Position numbers and translations under genes: made by a program. From NCBI RefSeq assembly GCF_964188315.1, contig NC_135668.1, positions 46,996,001 to 47,060,000 on the forward strand: 64,000 bases of DNA. Reading direction: 5' to 3'. The notes beneath the pieces are model-generated. The model saw only the letters and a list, made by a program, of their open reading frames with translations. It had not been told where the DNA came from and ran no database searches. Shown here piece after piece: positions 48,437 through 62,092 of the stretch. The DNA comes from Podarcis muralis (lineage: Eukaryota). Numbering within the stretch: the first letter of the stretch is position 1; the number at the start of each line of letters is the position of its first letter.

Positions 48437-49835
48437 AGGAATCAAAGTTCTGTTCTAGGAATAAGGGTCCCTGGCTTTCCAAGAAGTTCAAGCAAACGAG
48501 ATAAGAGATACATCCTGTGTCTCGAAGTGACAAGGCAGAATAAACAGAAGAGCTTAGAAAGGCCGTCTTGATTGCTGGTATTTCCAAGAAAGTTCTCAAG
48601 ACCAAAAAGAAAAAAAAGATGTTGTCGCTAATTCATTTCTTCCTCCCTGAAGATACAGCAATTCTATGTACGCTGAAAGGATGAAAGCGGCCTAAACTGG
48701 AGTGTGCCATCAATACAACGGAAGCAAGCACATCTATGTGGTATTGTGTTTTCTGCAGAAAATGAAACAAATCAATTTCCTAGCTAGAGCTCCAAACGGA
48801 AGGTTATTTGAGTACAGGTTGTTCAGCTCACCAGGAGCCTCACAGTCAGAGAAACATGGTTTGCTGATCCAGCAAACACCTTAAGAAACAAACAAACCCT
48901 ACTAGGACAAACAGAAGAGAGTTCTTTTTCAGAGCATCTCCAGATCCTCCCTTCGCTTCTGGCAATGTTATCAGAGAGGTGTCAAGAAGCAACTGGAAAA
49001 TGTAAATGGTGTGCTTAACCTGTCTGTTGTGCAAAGAGCAACATGGGACCTCTCTAAAGATCTCTAGGTGGTGGTGAGGACACCTCTGTAACTCTCTGGC
49101 TTATTGTTTATCTAGGGCCTGATTGCACCAAGAAGTCAAATGCCAGCAATCATCAACCCCAACACACAGCCATGTCAGAACAGCTGGACGTGTTGCTCCC
49201 AAATTTTGTAGCAAATGTGGGGCTTTCTAGGAGAGTAAGAAGTGTGGCTTTCTTTTCTCCCTTCTGGTTAATCAACAGGACTCCATGGCATGGCAGCAAC
49301 TAATGCTACCAACACTCTCTTAGCTCTTTCCCAGCCAAGCCTTGCAAAAAACACAACGAAACTACTGGGGGAAAGAGAACACAGGCTTGCTGCCTTGATC
49401 CTGTCCCCATGGCAGCTTCTACAGAAAGAAAGGATGCCAAGGGCAGTGCAGCCACAGTCCTTTCTGCCCTATGCCAGCTCTTAAGAGGATAGGCTGGAAA
49501 GCAGAGGTGACAAACAAACCCCTGTGTTGCAAAGAGAACGTCAGCAATGTCTAGGCAACACGATGACCTTGTACATATTCAATAGACAATCTTTTATAGA
49601 ATTCCTTCAAACCATAACAAGTCCAAGATGAAATCTTTAGTCTAAAAGTCTCTGAAAATCTTTAAATGAAGCGAGGTACCATACATTGTATGATGAAAGA
49701 CAAGCTGTGAAGCTTTGTGTATTCAGCCAATATGATGTCCAACACTGAACAGTGATTCCGGATATTGACTACTCTTTTGTAGAATTCTTCATTATTACAT
49801 GAGCACTGTTCCACAGCATTTGATATTTTCATTTA

Positions 49836-50114
49836 CAGTGGTGCCTCGCAAGACGAAATTAATCCGTTCCGCAAGTCTCTTCGTCTTGCGGTTTTTTTGC
49901 CTTGCGAAGCACGGCTATTAGCGGCTTAGCGGCTATTAACGGCTTAGCGGCTTAAAGAAAAAGGAAACAAACTCGCAAGAACTCGCAAGACGTTTCGTCT
50001 TGTGAAGCAAGCCCATAGGGAAATTCGTCTTGCTTAACGACTCAAAAAACGGAAAATCCTTTCGTATAGCAAGTTTTTCGTCTTGAGAGGCATTCGTCTT
50101 GCGGGGCACCACTG
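49836..50114. mobile_element. Tc1/mariner MITE (279 bp)
   Basis: TIRs cagtggtgcctcgcaagacg / cgtcttgcggggcaccactg; TA TSD. Confidence 0.92.
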
Positions 50115-50544
50115 TACATATATTCATTCGAAATAAGATGGGTTTATGAAGCAATTCTATATCCTCCCACCACGCTGACCAAGAATTCTACGAAACAGTA
50201 GTCAGTATCAGTGTTGGACATCATATTGGCTGAGCATACACAGTGCCCAGGCTTGAGCCCCAAGGAGGTCACTCCGGTGCTAACACAGCCATTTGACTTC
50301 ACCCCCAGAGGTGCGCTCCATTTTCTGCCGAGACAGACAGATGCCAACAACAGAGCAGTTCTCTGTCATTGCCTGCCAGGTCACTGTGGACCACTGGCTA
50401 TGCTGACCTGGGCTGATGGGAACTGCACCCCAGAGACCTGGAGGGCACCAGATTGGGGAAGGCTTCTGCACACACCCACACCTCTGAGCTCCTTTGAGGG
50501 AGGGAAAGGGGGATAAAAATGTACTGAATTTTAAAAAATCTCAC

Positions 50545-50673
50545 CCTCCGCGTTCTTTCCACATCTCCGCAGGGCAGCCTCTTCACAAAGTCAATCCCAG
50601 TGAGAGGGGTTCCTGTTGGCGGCAGCAGAATGGAGGCATCCATCATCAAGTACTCGACATTCATGGGCTTAAG
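50545..50673 (-). CDS. CLEC16A: CLEC16A exon (~18): LKPMNVEYLMMDASILLPPTGTPLTGIDFVKRLPCGDVERTRR
   Basis: 129 bp; tttcccag| and |gtgaga; lies within ORF 50398..50733. Confidence 0.97.
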
Positions 50674-51192
50674 CTGGGAAAGGAATTTCACACTTAACAT
50701 GTGACATAAACCCAAGCGCAACCTTAAAAGCAACTGTACCTTTAATACTATTTCCCCACCCTCTTCCTGCGGAAAAGTAGTTAAAATAATAATAGTTAAA
50801 AAGTAGCTAACTATTAAAATAATAATAGTTAAAAACTAGCTAATCATACTACGTCAGGCAACAAAAAATTGTGTACATGGAACTTTTCCATCTTGTAAAG
50901 CCTGTTAGGTCAAACCAAATGATAATTTGCCATATTTACCACTGTGCTGATATTCCATGCCTTGTCTAAGATGTTGTTATGTATGATAAGCAAATGCTGT
51001 GGAATTTTGATAACTTCACACATTATAAATCTATGAGTTCTGAGTATTTTAACATTTCTACATATGTGTGCACACAATTATTGTTTAGCCTCCAGATTAT
51101 TATTATTTTAAAGTGTGGTACTCTAAGATGAGACATGTTAACATTCCCTTTTGCCCCTCTCCATCCACATGGCCATCTCATGAATTACTTAC

Positions 51193-51243
51193 AGTCATGC
51201 TTCTGTATTCATCTTCAAACATATCCAGAAAAATTTCTTCGCC
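51193..51243 (-). CDS. CLEC16A: CLEC16A exon (~17): GEEIFLDMFEDEYRSMT
   Basis: 51 bp; ccttttacag| and |gtaagt. Confidence 0.95.
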
Positions 51244-52198
51244 CTGTAAAAGGAAACAAGAGGAATGCATTTGCCCCTCCATAAACATTCCCTCCGCTTC
51301 TCATTATACAATGGTCTTAAAACTTATCCACCTTACCCACATTCTTCAAGGACCACTTTTGACCAAACTAGGAATGAAAAGAGCTACAGCTTCCCTTTAT
51401 CTGGATAAGCTGCCAGCTGTTTATCTCCCCCGGTCAAGGCTGCGATTCCTAAACGCCTGGTGGGTGCCTTGCTTGATTTGCCTCTGGTGGAAAAACATGG
51501 CACCTGGCCTCAATTAAACAAAACAGCTTTGGAAATGGGTCATCGCCACAAAATGGCTTGAATGCCTGGCAAAGAGGCCGTTTCTGCTGATCTTCCTGTT
51601 TATAAACTTCCAGACCTTTAAAAAGGAAGTCAGATAAGGGTCGACTCACATGCAAGGCAGCAGCAGCGGCAAAATGACCCCAGCCATTGGCCGCCGCCAC
51701 CAAAATAGGTAGGGTCTTGGGGGCCAGAAAAACTTAGCTGAAGGCAGCGGCAGCACTTCCGTTTTGTGCTCATAAACCAGTATAGTTTATGGTAGAAACC
51801 TGCTACCAACTCTACTAGCATGAGGTGACTTCAAAGGCTACAGAGATGGTGTTGTTGACTATACGCGGCTCATTGGCCCTCAGAATTGCCCACCCTTGGT
51901 CTAGATTGGGATTGGCCCTGATGAACTACAGCTCCCATTAGCACCAGGCAACATGGCCGATAGCCAGTAATGATGGGAGTTGTAGTCCAACATTTTCTAG
52001 AGGAGTCCACCATGTTGGCTTTACCAGAGTCTGGTGAAAGCACCATGTAATTCCTGTCCAGTAAGTGGTGTCTTAGGTTCTATTCTTATTAAGCTACGAA
52101 AAGGCAACCGTGTACTTTAAAAGGTTCCCTGCTGGCTCCCTCTATCTTCCCCTGTATTCAGAGGTTAGGGAAACATGGAAAGCATGAGAATACTGTAC

Positions 52199-52243
52199 CT
52201 TATAAAAACGCCGCACCAAGTGAACGCTTTCTTCTCTCGCGCC
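52199..52243 (-). CDS. CLEC16A: CLEC16A exon (~16): GAREESVHLVRRFYK
   Basis: 45 bp; ctttctag| and |gtacag; phase 0 to 0. Confidence 0.94.
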
Positions 52244-52636
52244 CTAGAAAGAAAAGGATACGGCTCAGTTCTACTTTGTGGCGGGCAGCTTTCAATAAGG
52301 CTTTAAAAGCAGCAAATGTCTTTCCCCAATACCATTGCTTCCCCCCTGGAAAGCCAGTTAAAAGAAAGAGGAGGACATCTTATGGCACTCTCCAGTGCAG
52401 GGGTGGCCAACTTGGTGGGGGCGGGATTCCCATCAGCCCCAGGTGGTGCAGCCAACGATCAGGGACGGCGAGAGTTGGAGTCCAACAAGATATGGAGGGC
52501 GCCATGTCAGCTACCCCTACCTGATGAGATGGGCAGAATCCAGACTGCTTCAGAAAGGTTCTGATGTGTTCAGCCCCCCACCTTTACGCAGGGGTTACGT
52601 TCCGAGGCACCACATGCATCAGTGAAATTACATGTA

Positions 52637-52991
52637 GGTAAAGGTAGAGGGGACCCCGGACCATTAGGTCTAGTCGTGACCGACTCTGGGGTTGCAGCGC
52701 TCATCTCACTTTATTGGCCGAGGGAGCCGGCGTACAGCTTCCGGGTCATGTGGCCAGCATGACTAAGCCGCTTCTGGCGAACCAGAGGAGCGCACGGAAA
52801 CGCCGTTTACCTTCCTGCCAGAGCAGTACCTATTTATCTACTTGCACTTTGACGTGCTTTCGAACTGCTAGGTGGGCAGGAGCTGGAACTGAGCAACGGG
52901 AGCTCACCCTGTCGCGGGGATTTGAACCGCCAACCTTCTGATTGGCAAGTCCTAGGCTCTGTGGTTTAACCCACAGCGCCACCCACGTCCC
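52637..52991 (-). mobile_element. Full-length Sauria SINE, subfamily B
   Basis: Perfect 14-bp TSD tgaaattacatgta (52623-52636 / 52992-53005). Confidence 0.93.
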
Positions 52992-53735
52992 TGAAATTAC
53001 ATGTAATTGAAACATATAGAAAAAGCCTGCAAACACCCCGTTCTGCCCTTTTAGCGACATATTCAGAGACGTTGACATTTCTGGGTTCGTTGTGATCAGA
53101 GTACACACAGTTGCACACAGTTGGACGTGTGTAAACAGGGGGGTTGCCCGTATTAAGAGGAAGGCGCTAACGTGTACCAATAGCAACTATAACCCAATGA
53201 CAGCCTGCATATTGGTGTTCGTACGTTGTGTCGTTTTCATTTTAACTCTTTATTTGCGCTTTTGCCCTGTATTTTTATCTTGTGAACAGCCCTGAGATCT
53301 TGTGATGAAGGGCGGTATATAAATCTAATAAATACAATAAAATAAGTAAGTCCCAGGCTCAATCCCTAGCATCACTGATGAAATGTTCTCGAGACTGGGA
53401 AATTACCCCTTCCCTTCCCAAGACCATGATGAAACCAGACAGACCAATGGAATGATGTGGAACAAAGCAGTCAGATTCGGCACACCCTGGTGACAGAGCT
53501 GTAGCAGTTTCTTCGACTCCTAACTCTTTGCTCTCAGTTCTGCTTGTACATAGGCAATCAAACGCTGGTTTAGAGAACTGCTAGCAAAGAAAAAAGTCTT
53601 AGATTTTTTAAAAAATGAACGTATTCTGGAAATTTCATTTCATCTTTTTACTATGTGTGCTGCCTTGACAGAGTTCTACTCATAAAGATGGACTGTTAGC
53701 AATCAGAGGACTTTTGACACTTTCATACCAGCAGT

Positions 53736-53889
53736 CATAGAATCATAGAGTTGGAATAGACCACAAGGGCCATCGAGTCCAACCCCCTGCCAAGCAGGAA
53801 ACACCATCAGAGCACTCCTGACATATGGTTGTCAAGCCTCTGCTTAAAGACCTCCAAAGAAGGAGACTCCACCACACTCCTTGGCAGTC
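53736..53889 (-). mobile_element. CR1 LINE 3' end fragment
   Basis: (ATTCTATG)-type terminal repeat and 'gagtccaaccccctgc'; gcagtca at both junctions. Confidence 0.8.
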
Positions 53890-53926
53890 AAGAGGAAAAA
53901 GGTGTCCAAACCCCGCACTCACTCAC

Positions 53927-54036
53927 CTCCAAACAGGCGAGGTGAACATCCTTTATAATTCTACCGTGTTTGGACATCACCAGCTGCTTCAGTAGCAAGC
54001 AGCCAAGTTCCAATGTAGCCAAGCGAATTTTCCCAT
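53927..54036 (-). CDS. CLEC16A: CLEC16A exon (~15): DGKIRLATLELGCLLLKQLVMSKHGRIIKDVHLACLE
   Basis: 110 bp; caacatacag| and |gtgagt; found by manual translation. Confidence 0.95.
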
Positions 54037-54454
54037 CTGTATGTTGGGGGTGGGGGGTGGGGAGGAGAACAGGAAAAAGTTAGGAAAAACTTCATTGCAT
54101 TGTTGAGATCAAGTTGCTGACGTCACAGCTTTACGAGCCAGCGCTTTAGCACCACTAGCCAAATTCAAGTATCTCAGCACTGTGGCATGTTTTAAGTACA
54201 AAATGCAAAACACTTCTTGTACTCAAACAAACACTGGAGCATGGAAAAGAACTGGGAAAGAACTGTTGTTTCTCTTCTGCAGTAGTGTGGAAGCCTATCC
54301 AGCTTAGTCCAAACAAAACCCAAACTCACAATTTGGCCAAAGCAGCCGCGCTCTCTAGAGATTAACAGAACGATTCACTGAGACCATTACAACTAAGAAC
54401 TTTTAACTCCACCTTGGCATTCTCCCCCCTCATCTCTTTTTCCCCCCTGTTGTA

Positions 54455-54933
54455 CAGTGGAACCTTGGTTTTCAAACATAATCTGTTCCAGAAGACAGTT
54501 CATTTTCCAAAACATTAGAAAACCAAGGATCAAAGGGCTGGCTGCAAAGTCAAGGGGGGGCGGGAATGAAAAACATGCCTCAGAAGCTGTTTGACTTCTG
54601 AGGCATGTTTGAAAACGGAAGCAATTACTTCTGGGTTTTCAGTGTTCAGGTTCTGAATTGTTCAGCTTCCGAGACGCTTGAAAACCGAGGTTCCACTGCA
54701 CAGTCAAACCTAGGTTCTCGAACGGCTCCGTTTTGGAACGTTTCGGCTCCTGAAATACCAAAAACCTGGAAGTAAATGCTCCGGTTTTTGAATGTTTTTC
54801 GGAAGCCAAACATCTGACGCGGCTTCCGCTTGAGTGCAGGAATCTCTTGCAAACAACTGGAAGCCGTGCCTCGGTTGTTGAACTTTTTGGAAGCCGAACG
54901 GGCTTCCGGAACAGATTAACCGAGGTTTGACTG
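54455..54933. mobile_element. Two abutting Tc1/mariner MITEs (54455-54698 and 54701-54933)
   Basis: TIR pairs cagtggaacc / ggttccactg and cagtcaaacc / ggtttgactg; TA outside, CA between. Confidence 0.85.
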
Positions 54934-56057
54934 TATCTCCTAAGATCATGAACCTGATGGTTGGGACTGTCACAGATATTTATGAGCAGCTCCGAGAGCC
55001 TCTTTTAGCCGAATAATGTTGTTGTCATTATTATTAACAACAGGTGTTTACTTCATATATTTAAATATTTTATATTGCCCCTTGCCGTTCTCAACCATTT
55101 TTAACGCAAGTAAAAGAGCAGCAGTTGAGACAGTAAGGCGGCAGGTTACAAACGCAAGTGAAAAGCACTGAGATACCTGGGCATATCAAAAGGGCTACGG
55201 TTCAGTTCCCACATAATGCTAGGCCAACCCATGCAAACACATGAACAAGCAGGCTCCCAGAGAGGAGATCACGGCGGCTTTGCTCCTCCTCCAGCCCTTC
55301 TGCCGGTGCACTGCAGCGATCTAAGCTGTGGGCTGGCTTGACAGGCTCGTGGTTTGTCTCTCTTCCAAGCAAACCACGGAGCTGTAAGCCAGAAAGGCAA
55401 AAACCTCTGGTTACAGCTCAGAGTTTGTCTGGGGCAAGATGAACCGCCCACCGCGTGTTCCCACTAAGCCATGGTTTGGTTTAGTGTTACATGTGAACCA
55501 GGTCAGCCTTTCATGACCTAATTGGAAGGGCATGAGATCACAGCTCCCCCATGCGATGAAAGTTAGAAGCTTCCCTGGCAGAGGGGAGAGAGAATCTCAT
55601 GTCCATGCTGAATATCAAGGCTCGGGGTTAGATTCATCACCTGCCTAGGCAGTCCCAAAACCTGTGCTTTGTGTATTGCAGGGGCAGCTACCCCCTGGCC
55701 CTCCAGCTGCTGACTCCAACTCCCATCAGCCCTGATTACTGGACACACTGGCTGGGGATAAAGGCAGCTGGAGTCTGTCAATAGTTGGAGTGCGGCAGCT
55801 TACTCCTCCCCAACCTCTGGTGTGGTCCATGCTGTTAACAACGGTCTCAAAGCTGTATAAATCCCATGCCTGTATAAATTATGCAAATTTGCTGAACTTG
55901 CAAGATCTTTTCTTTTGCATAATTGTTTTCTGCTTTGGCAGCAGATAGCAAACGCCTCGTTGAAAAGACGCAAGGAAGAAAGGATCTGGGATGTCAGCAT
56001 TGCCGCCTATTCCAAATTCTTTCTTGCTCAATACGGGACTTGGAGAAGCAAGCTGTA

Positions 56058-56092
<35 letters not shown>

Positions 56093-56578
56093 CTTTTCAA
56101 TGAGACGTTTGCTGTAAGTGGCTGCACTGTATCTGGAATTGCTCCCCTTGAGCTCTGGTAGGATTCTGCCCGCAACATCCTCTGTTAAACAACTGATCTT
56201 TTTACATTCCCACATGAAGACTTTGCCTCAAGAGGCGGAGAGTCAATGCCTTCTTGTTCTCTGCTACTGCTGATGTGAGCTATGGTCATTGCTTGAAGAT
56301 GTCTTTGGCGTTGGCTTGCTGCTTCGTGCTTCCATCGTCAAACACAGCTTCCGAGTTCCTGTCTTGAAAGCAAAGCAGGCTCTAGGCTTGTAAATTTGTC
56401 CTACAGGAGTCTTTGCCAACGTGCTGAGAGCTGTAGTTCTAAAATGCCTGGAGGGCAATAGGCCGACAATGGCTACCCTATAGCAAAAGCCCTTCTGGTC
56501 CACAAAGGATGGTGCTTTGCATACTCTTGGTTTCAGCACTTGTTAGCACAAAAAAGAAGATTGACAAAAACCCTCTAC

Positions 56579-56701
56579 CTGGCTGAGCGGCATAGTTCAT
56601 TATCCTGATGAGCCTTTCAGCGAGCACGTGATTGTACGAGGTCTTCTCCTCAGCATCCAGTGCCGAGAGCTGAATTCTCTCCAGCGTGACTGGCTCGATT
56701 C
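56579..56701 (-). CDS. CLEC16A: CLEC16A exon (~14): GIEPVTLERIQLSALDAEEKTSYNHVLAERLIRIMNYAAQP
   Basis: 123 bp; tcttcaaag| and |gtagag; lies within ORF 56478..56927. Confidence 0.95.
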
Positions 56702-57371
56702 CTTTGAAGACAGAAAAAGTGTTTATTGCAGCTATGTGACAGTTTGCCAAAGCACACTTCCAAGGAACCAAGAAGCCAGTAATTAAGAAAGGCAGCCAGG
56801 CCTTGGGAAAACACCAGCTTCCCAAGTTACCCACACATAGATTTTGAAAGACGAGGAGGCAGTGAGAAACAAAAAGATAAAAGCAATTGAAATCCTCCCA
56901 GCGCTCCCCATAAGTCTTTAGAGGCACAAAATGTCCTGATCAACATCACCAATTCAACCACCCAACTGCACCAGAGATCTCCCTGGGACCTTTAGTTTAC
57001 ATGTTTTCTTGACGCTTCCAATCCCTGATTTTGCAGGGTTGATAAGACCAAAGCAAAATCTTGATAACAACCTTGGTAACCACTGCCGGGGTTACGAAAC
57101 TGCCTTGATGGGCACTGCCTGGTCAGTAACTATTTTTAAAAGGAGCAGAATGAGTGGATCAGGCCTCACCTGTCCCCCGCCCAGGTGGTCTTTTAGCAAG
57201 CCAGATAACAGCAATGATAACACATCCCCCAAACTAAGCCTTGATCCCAGCAACAAACCCTAAAGAATATCTCGCCCAGTTGGAAGGAAAGTTGAAATCC
57301 CACAACAGGTGGAAGGTGCCTTGTGCTAGGCCAGCAAAGACTGATCAGAACTCTCAACAGAACTATGGAAA

Positions 57372-57514
57372 CATAGAAGTGTAGAGTTAAAAGGAACCCT
57401 GAGGATCATCTAGTCCAACCCCAGCAATGCAGAAATATTCAGCTGTCCTATACAGGGATCGAACCTGCAACCTTGGCATTATCAGCACCATGCTCTAGCC
57501 AACTGAGCTATCCA
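57372..57514 (-). mobile_element. SINE with tRNA-Ile-like head and CR1-type tail
   Basis: Minus strand tagctcagttggctagagcatggtgctgataatgccaaggttgcaggttcgatccc followed by the CR1 tail. Confidence 0.82.
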
Positions 57515-58537
57515 GGCTCTAGTGAAGACTTCAAGGCTGAGTAAAGCATATTCCGCTAGGGCTCCATCTGAACTATACGTTTAAAACAGGAGCATACCAC
57601 TTTAAACAGCTATGGCGTCCCCCAAATCCTGGGAACTGTAGTTTGTTAAAAGAGCTAAGAGATGTTAGGAGTCCCCATTCTCCTAACAAGGCTACAAATT
57701 CTGGAGTGCTTTAACAATTAATCCCTCTTCCCGGGGGACTCTGGAAACTGCACCTGTACGGGGGGGGGGGGGGGGGGGACAGGGGGCCTCCTAACAACTC
57801 TCAGCACCCTTGACAAACTACAGTTCCCAGGATTCTTTGGGAGGAGCCACAACTGCTTGAAGAGGTATGAGACTCCCTCTAAACTGATTTTTGAATTCTG
57901 AATTTATTGTTATTCACATTTTGTACTGTATTTTATGCTGTTTTTCGTTGCATCAATTAAGTGTTTTAAATTTGTTGTTGGCCACCCTGAGCCTGGTTTT
58001 CTGAACCGGGAAGGGCAGGGTATAAATAAAAATTTATTATTATTATTAAATGCATGGTGCAGATGGGGGCCAAAGACTGGTTTCAACGTATCAAGACGCT
58101 TGTTTGCAGCTCACTAAAATAGCATGTTAATCCAACTGCTAAGCGGGAAGCATCTCTTTCCCTGCATTTAGGAATGATTCCGGCATTACATCTGATATAA
58201 GGCTAGGCTCTCACTCATCTATCCGAAGATCTACGTATAAACTTTGAGTAACATGACAAGACTTGTGAATGGAGATAATCGTCTGGGGTTTATAGGTCTT
58301 CAGTCCAGTCTAGCTGCAGGGCTGGAACCTAGACAGACAACTTTGCTTGTTTATATCACATAGTATATGGAGCAGTTCCATGACAGAGTCTATGGGTTGC
58401 AGCCAATTGCTAGCCCTACTCAAAGCTGAAGTTAACAGACATGACTAACTTAGGCCCATTAACTGCAATGGGTCAAATGTGAGTAGGGCTTAGCTGGAAA
58501 CGAGCCTATGGGCTTGTGGTTTCAGAATACACTAGCA

Positions 58538-58673
58538 CAGGCATCCCCAAATCCGGCCCTCCAGATGTTTTTGGACTACAACTCCCATCATCCCTAGCTA
58601 ACAGGACCAGTGGTCAGGGATGATGGGAACTGTAGTCCCAAAACATCTGGAGGGCCAAGTTTGGGGATGCCGG
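58538..58673. mobile_element. 136-bp palindromic hAT MITE (many degenerate relatives, e.g. ~2555, 9905, 14600, 20170, 37735, 50380, 52395, 55690, 59690, 62790)
   Basis: TIRs caggcatccccaaa / tttggggatgccgg; perfect 8-bp TSD cactagca; core actacaactcccatc..gatgggaactgtagt. Confidence 0.9.
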
Positions 58674-61584
58674 CACTAGCATAACAAGCTTGATCAGGTC
58701 TAACCCTTGATGATTCATCACAGTTGTATCTCAGCCTTGGCTGCAAAGAGCTCAGGGTGGCGGTGTACGCGGGGAATCACCCTGTTTTATCCTGACCCAG
58801 CAATGCAGCAAAAGGAGTGAGGATGAGGGATATACAAGAGTTGGAGGTGGGTGAGCAAGGGCACCCAGTGAGATTCACAACTGAGTAGCCAGTTAGATCT
58901 GGGCCTCCCTGATCCAATTTCAAGATCCACTAGTCTTTTCAACACACCAAGAGGTTAGAGCACCTTGAATCCACCCCGACCCCCACCATCAGTAGTATAT
59001 GTTGATCTTAAGCACGGCAGGCTGGTATTTGACAGAACAAGGCAGGCACAACATAAAAGCCTTGGTGGGCTGCTGCTGTTACTTTGAAGACAGGCAGGCC
59101 ACACACAAAAAAGGAACCTGAGGCAGTGAAGAGCATCTAACCTAAGAAAGAAGGGTTCCCCTGCCCCAGACCACTCCTTTCTCTGATAGGAATACTGTGG
59201 TGTCCTAAGCTCTGGTACGGCTAATTCAAACTCCTGTTTTTCCTCTAGTGTCTCAAATTTCATCAGATTATGTTTCCCCAGGTGGTTGCACCTTCATTCA
59301 GGGGAAACCTGACTAGGCATTAAGGACACTGCTTTGGAGTGAAGCTGGAGAGAGGTCTGGGATCTTACCTAGCAGGCATGGGAGCTTCCTGGAACCCCCA
59401 CCAACCTCCTTTTTTCAGGGGTGCTCCTACCTCTTTGGCTGTCCTCTTGCACAGCCCACCTTGCTGCCTCTCCAGCCTCCTCCCTCCCTTCCCTTGCTAG
59501 GTGAGGCTGTTGATATCACCCTGCCCCTCACCAACAACCCCACCTAATCTTCCCTTCCCAGCGGAGCTGCTTTAGGTTGATCGCAGCCAGTGAGCCTTCT
59601 TGCTCCAGAAGGTTCTCCACTCCTTGCAGAAACACAACAAGGAAAGAAAGAATCAACCATGGCTATTCCTGCCAGTTCCTTATGTTCATTTCCCAATGGG
59701 AAGTTGATGAGCTACAACTCCCGGCATCCCTGGTTATTGACTGTGCTAGCTGGTGCTGATGGGAGCTGGAGTCTGATGTCTGCAGGACACAAGGTTAAGC
59801 AAGGCTGCAATGATGGGTTGTAGGTCAACTTCAGGTGAGTCACACTGAGGGTCAACGTTTGATATTCGCCATGCACATTCTGCACCTGCCTATCGGCCAC
59901 TTGCGACCAAGTGACAATGTGCGGGCACCAGGATGGCGCCTGACGTCTCTACCATCTGAAGGTGCCTACCAGGGGATCCTTGGATCTTGACTGTAGAATC
60001 CTACCTGTTATATTTTATCTGCACAAACAGAATGAATTTCAGAAGCCAAAAAGTCACCTTGAAAAATGCGACTTTCGAGCAGTCTGGCCCCAAAATGGCA
60101 ACGAGACATTCGGTTTTGCCAACTGTAACCCTCGTTTAAGGAGCCATATGGCACCTAGCTTATATATCTGAGTTTCTAACACTGCTGGGGGCATAAGCAC
60201 TGTTTCTTGTATTTATCTATTTTTAAAGTGACAAGATAAGGGAGGGCAAACAGAAAAATGGGGATGGAGGCTGGAACCAGATCAGGAAAGGTGAGTGATA
60301 AAGAAGCAGAAGACAGACAGACAGACAGACAGACAGATGTAACAGGGATAGGGGGTGTTGTGCAGAAGGCTGGGGTGAAAATTGAGTCCTGAGACCTAAA
60401 GAGGTTGACAACCATTGCAGCACAGCACGTAGGCATGCACAAATTTGGGGAATGGAGCTGACAGAAGGAACTACTGGCTTGTTTGTGCCTCCAAGTAATT
60501 TAAAGCCAGATAATATAGCAAGCTGTTCCTGTAACGCAGCAAGCCAATTTCTCAGAAGAGGCTGTCTCAAAATGCCATCCTTGCTTGACAATGCATGGTA
60601 CAGTAAGAACCTTTTGTAATATTTAAGCCCTGTGCACAAAAAGCTGATTGTCGTAGTTATACATAGCCAAAGAAATCTTTCCGTCATGAAATCAGGACAA
60701 TTTGCTCCTCTCCATTTAATGCCTACCAATCCTGAACTCAACTGGCCAAGCATTGCCAGTAAAATCATTTTCAACCTACACTGCACAAATGAGGGACTGG
60801 CTGCTCCAATCTTAAGAACACCTATGAAGTGAAACTGATGTTTTATACATATGTTTATTTAAATAAAATCAGGAGAGGGTCACCCACAAGAAAAGAGTAT
60901 TACACTGTTCTGAAAATTCTACTGTTTTTTCTGCAGCTCAACTACCACGATACTCTGTAAATAATATCCATGGGGAAAATGTAAGCAAGAACAGTTTATG
61001 TCATAGATTCCCAGGGATTTTTTAAATCCAATATACACACAAAACCACTCTTCACCACACAAAAGCTCGGGACTTACCATGAATTCTAAAGCTAAAGTCT
61101 GGATTAGATCAAGCCAGCCCCACCCCCACCCCCATCTGTGGAGGACAATACACAGCTCAGAGGACATGTGTTTTGCTGGCTGATTTTTGGATCCCAGCTT
61201 TCATTAGCCCCACCATGGCCGAAGCCTGGTGACAGAAGCTATAGTCCAACAAGGGTCCCCAGGGAAGCCAACCCTGTGGTTCCACAGCAGACGTCTCCAA
61301 CGAGAAAGGATCTCAGGTTGTGGTTGAGGAGTAAAAAACCTCTCAGAGAGAAGCCGCCAGACCCAGAATGGAGAACCTGTGATCCCCTTAGTGTTGTGTG
61401 GACTACAACTCCCTTCATCCTTGGCCACAGACCGTACTGGCTGTGCCTGATGAGCATTTGGAAGTCCAAAGGCATTTAGAGGGCCGCAGACTCTCTATTA
61501 CTGGCCTAGAGAGTACTGAGCTAGATGGATCCGTGGGTTTGACTCAACAGTATGTGGTTTCAGGTGTTCGTGACTCTCTACATT

Positions 61585-62092
61585 GTCTGCAAAATGCTGA
61601 TGACACACAGCTCTACTTCTCCTTTACGCCTGCAGGTATGGCAGTGGAGGTGCTGAACCGTTGTCTTGCCTTGGTAATGGACTGGATGAGAGCCAACAAA
61701 CTGATACTCGATTCAGATAAGGCTGAGGCACTGTTCATGGTGAGGTTACACTCCCTCTAAAGAAGTGGCAGGAGTGCTCCTGGATCCTTTGCTGTCCCTC
61801 GAGGCCCAAGTCGGCGGCACAGAGTGCCTTCCAGCAGCTTGGGCTGGTGGCCCAGCTGCACTCCTATCTGGACGGGGATAGCCTAACTTCTGCCGCCTAT
61901 TCTCTAGTAACATTGAGGTTAGATAACTGCAACGTTGGGCTGCCTCTGAAGACGGTTCAGAAACTTCAGCTGGTGCAGAATTCAGCAACCAGCTTGTTCA
62001 CTGGGGCAAGACGGGTTGAGCCTATTACATTGATCCTGGCCCAACTGCACTGGCTGCCAGTTTCCAAGTCCAATTCAAAGTGCTGGCTTTGA
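61585..62092 (+). mobile_element. Decayed L2 ORF2 fragment (reverse transcriptase C-terminal part)
   Basis: NADDTQLY (YADD-like), WMRANKL, LQLVQNSA..L..LHWLPV motifs, interrupted by stops and frameshifts. Confidence 0.88.

Noticed and set aside
57440-57514. tRNA genes (Ile-like here and at 22.7 kb; Lys-like at 63.6 kb)
   Set aside because: The stems are mismatched and each head is fused directly to a CR1-type tail, so these are SINE heads.
2020-59400. Scattered single STAT GAS motifs (TTCnnnGAA at ~2024, 41609, 43065, 59385)
   Set aside because: Roughly 16 such sites are expected by chance in 64 kb (1 per 4^6), so isolated sites are uninformative.
61398-62092. Functional reverse transcriptase gene
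   Set aside because: Short, interrupted L2 remnant with the catalytic YADD changed to NADD.
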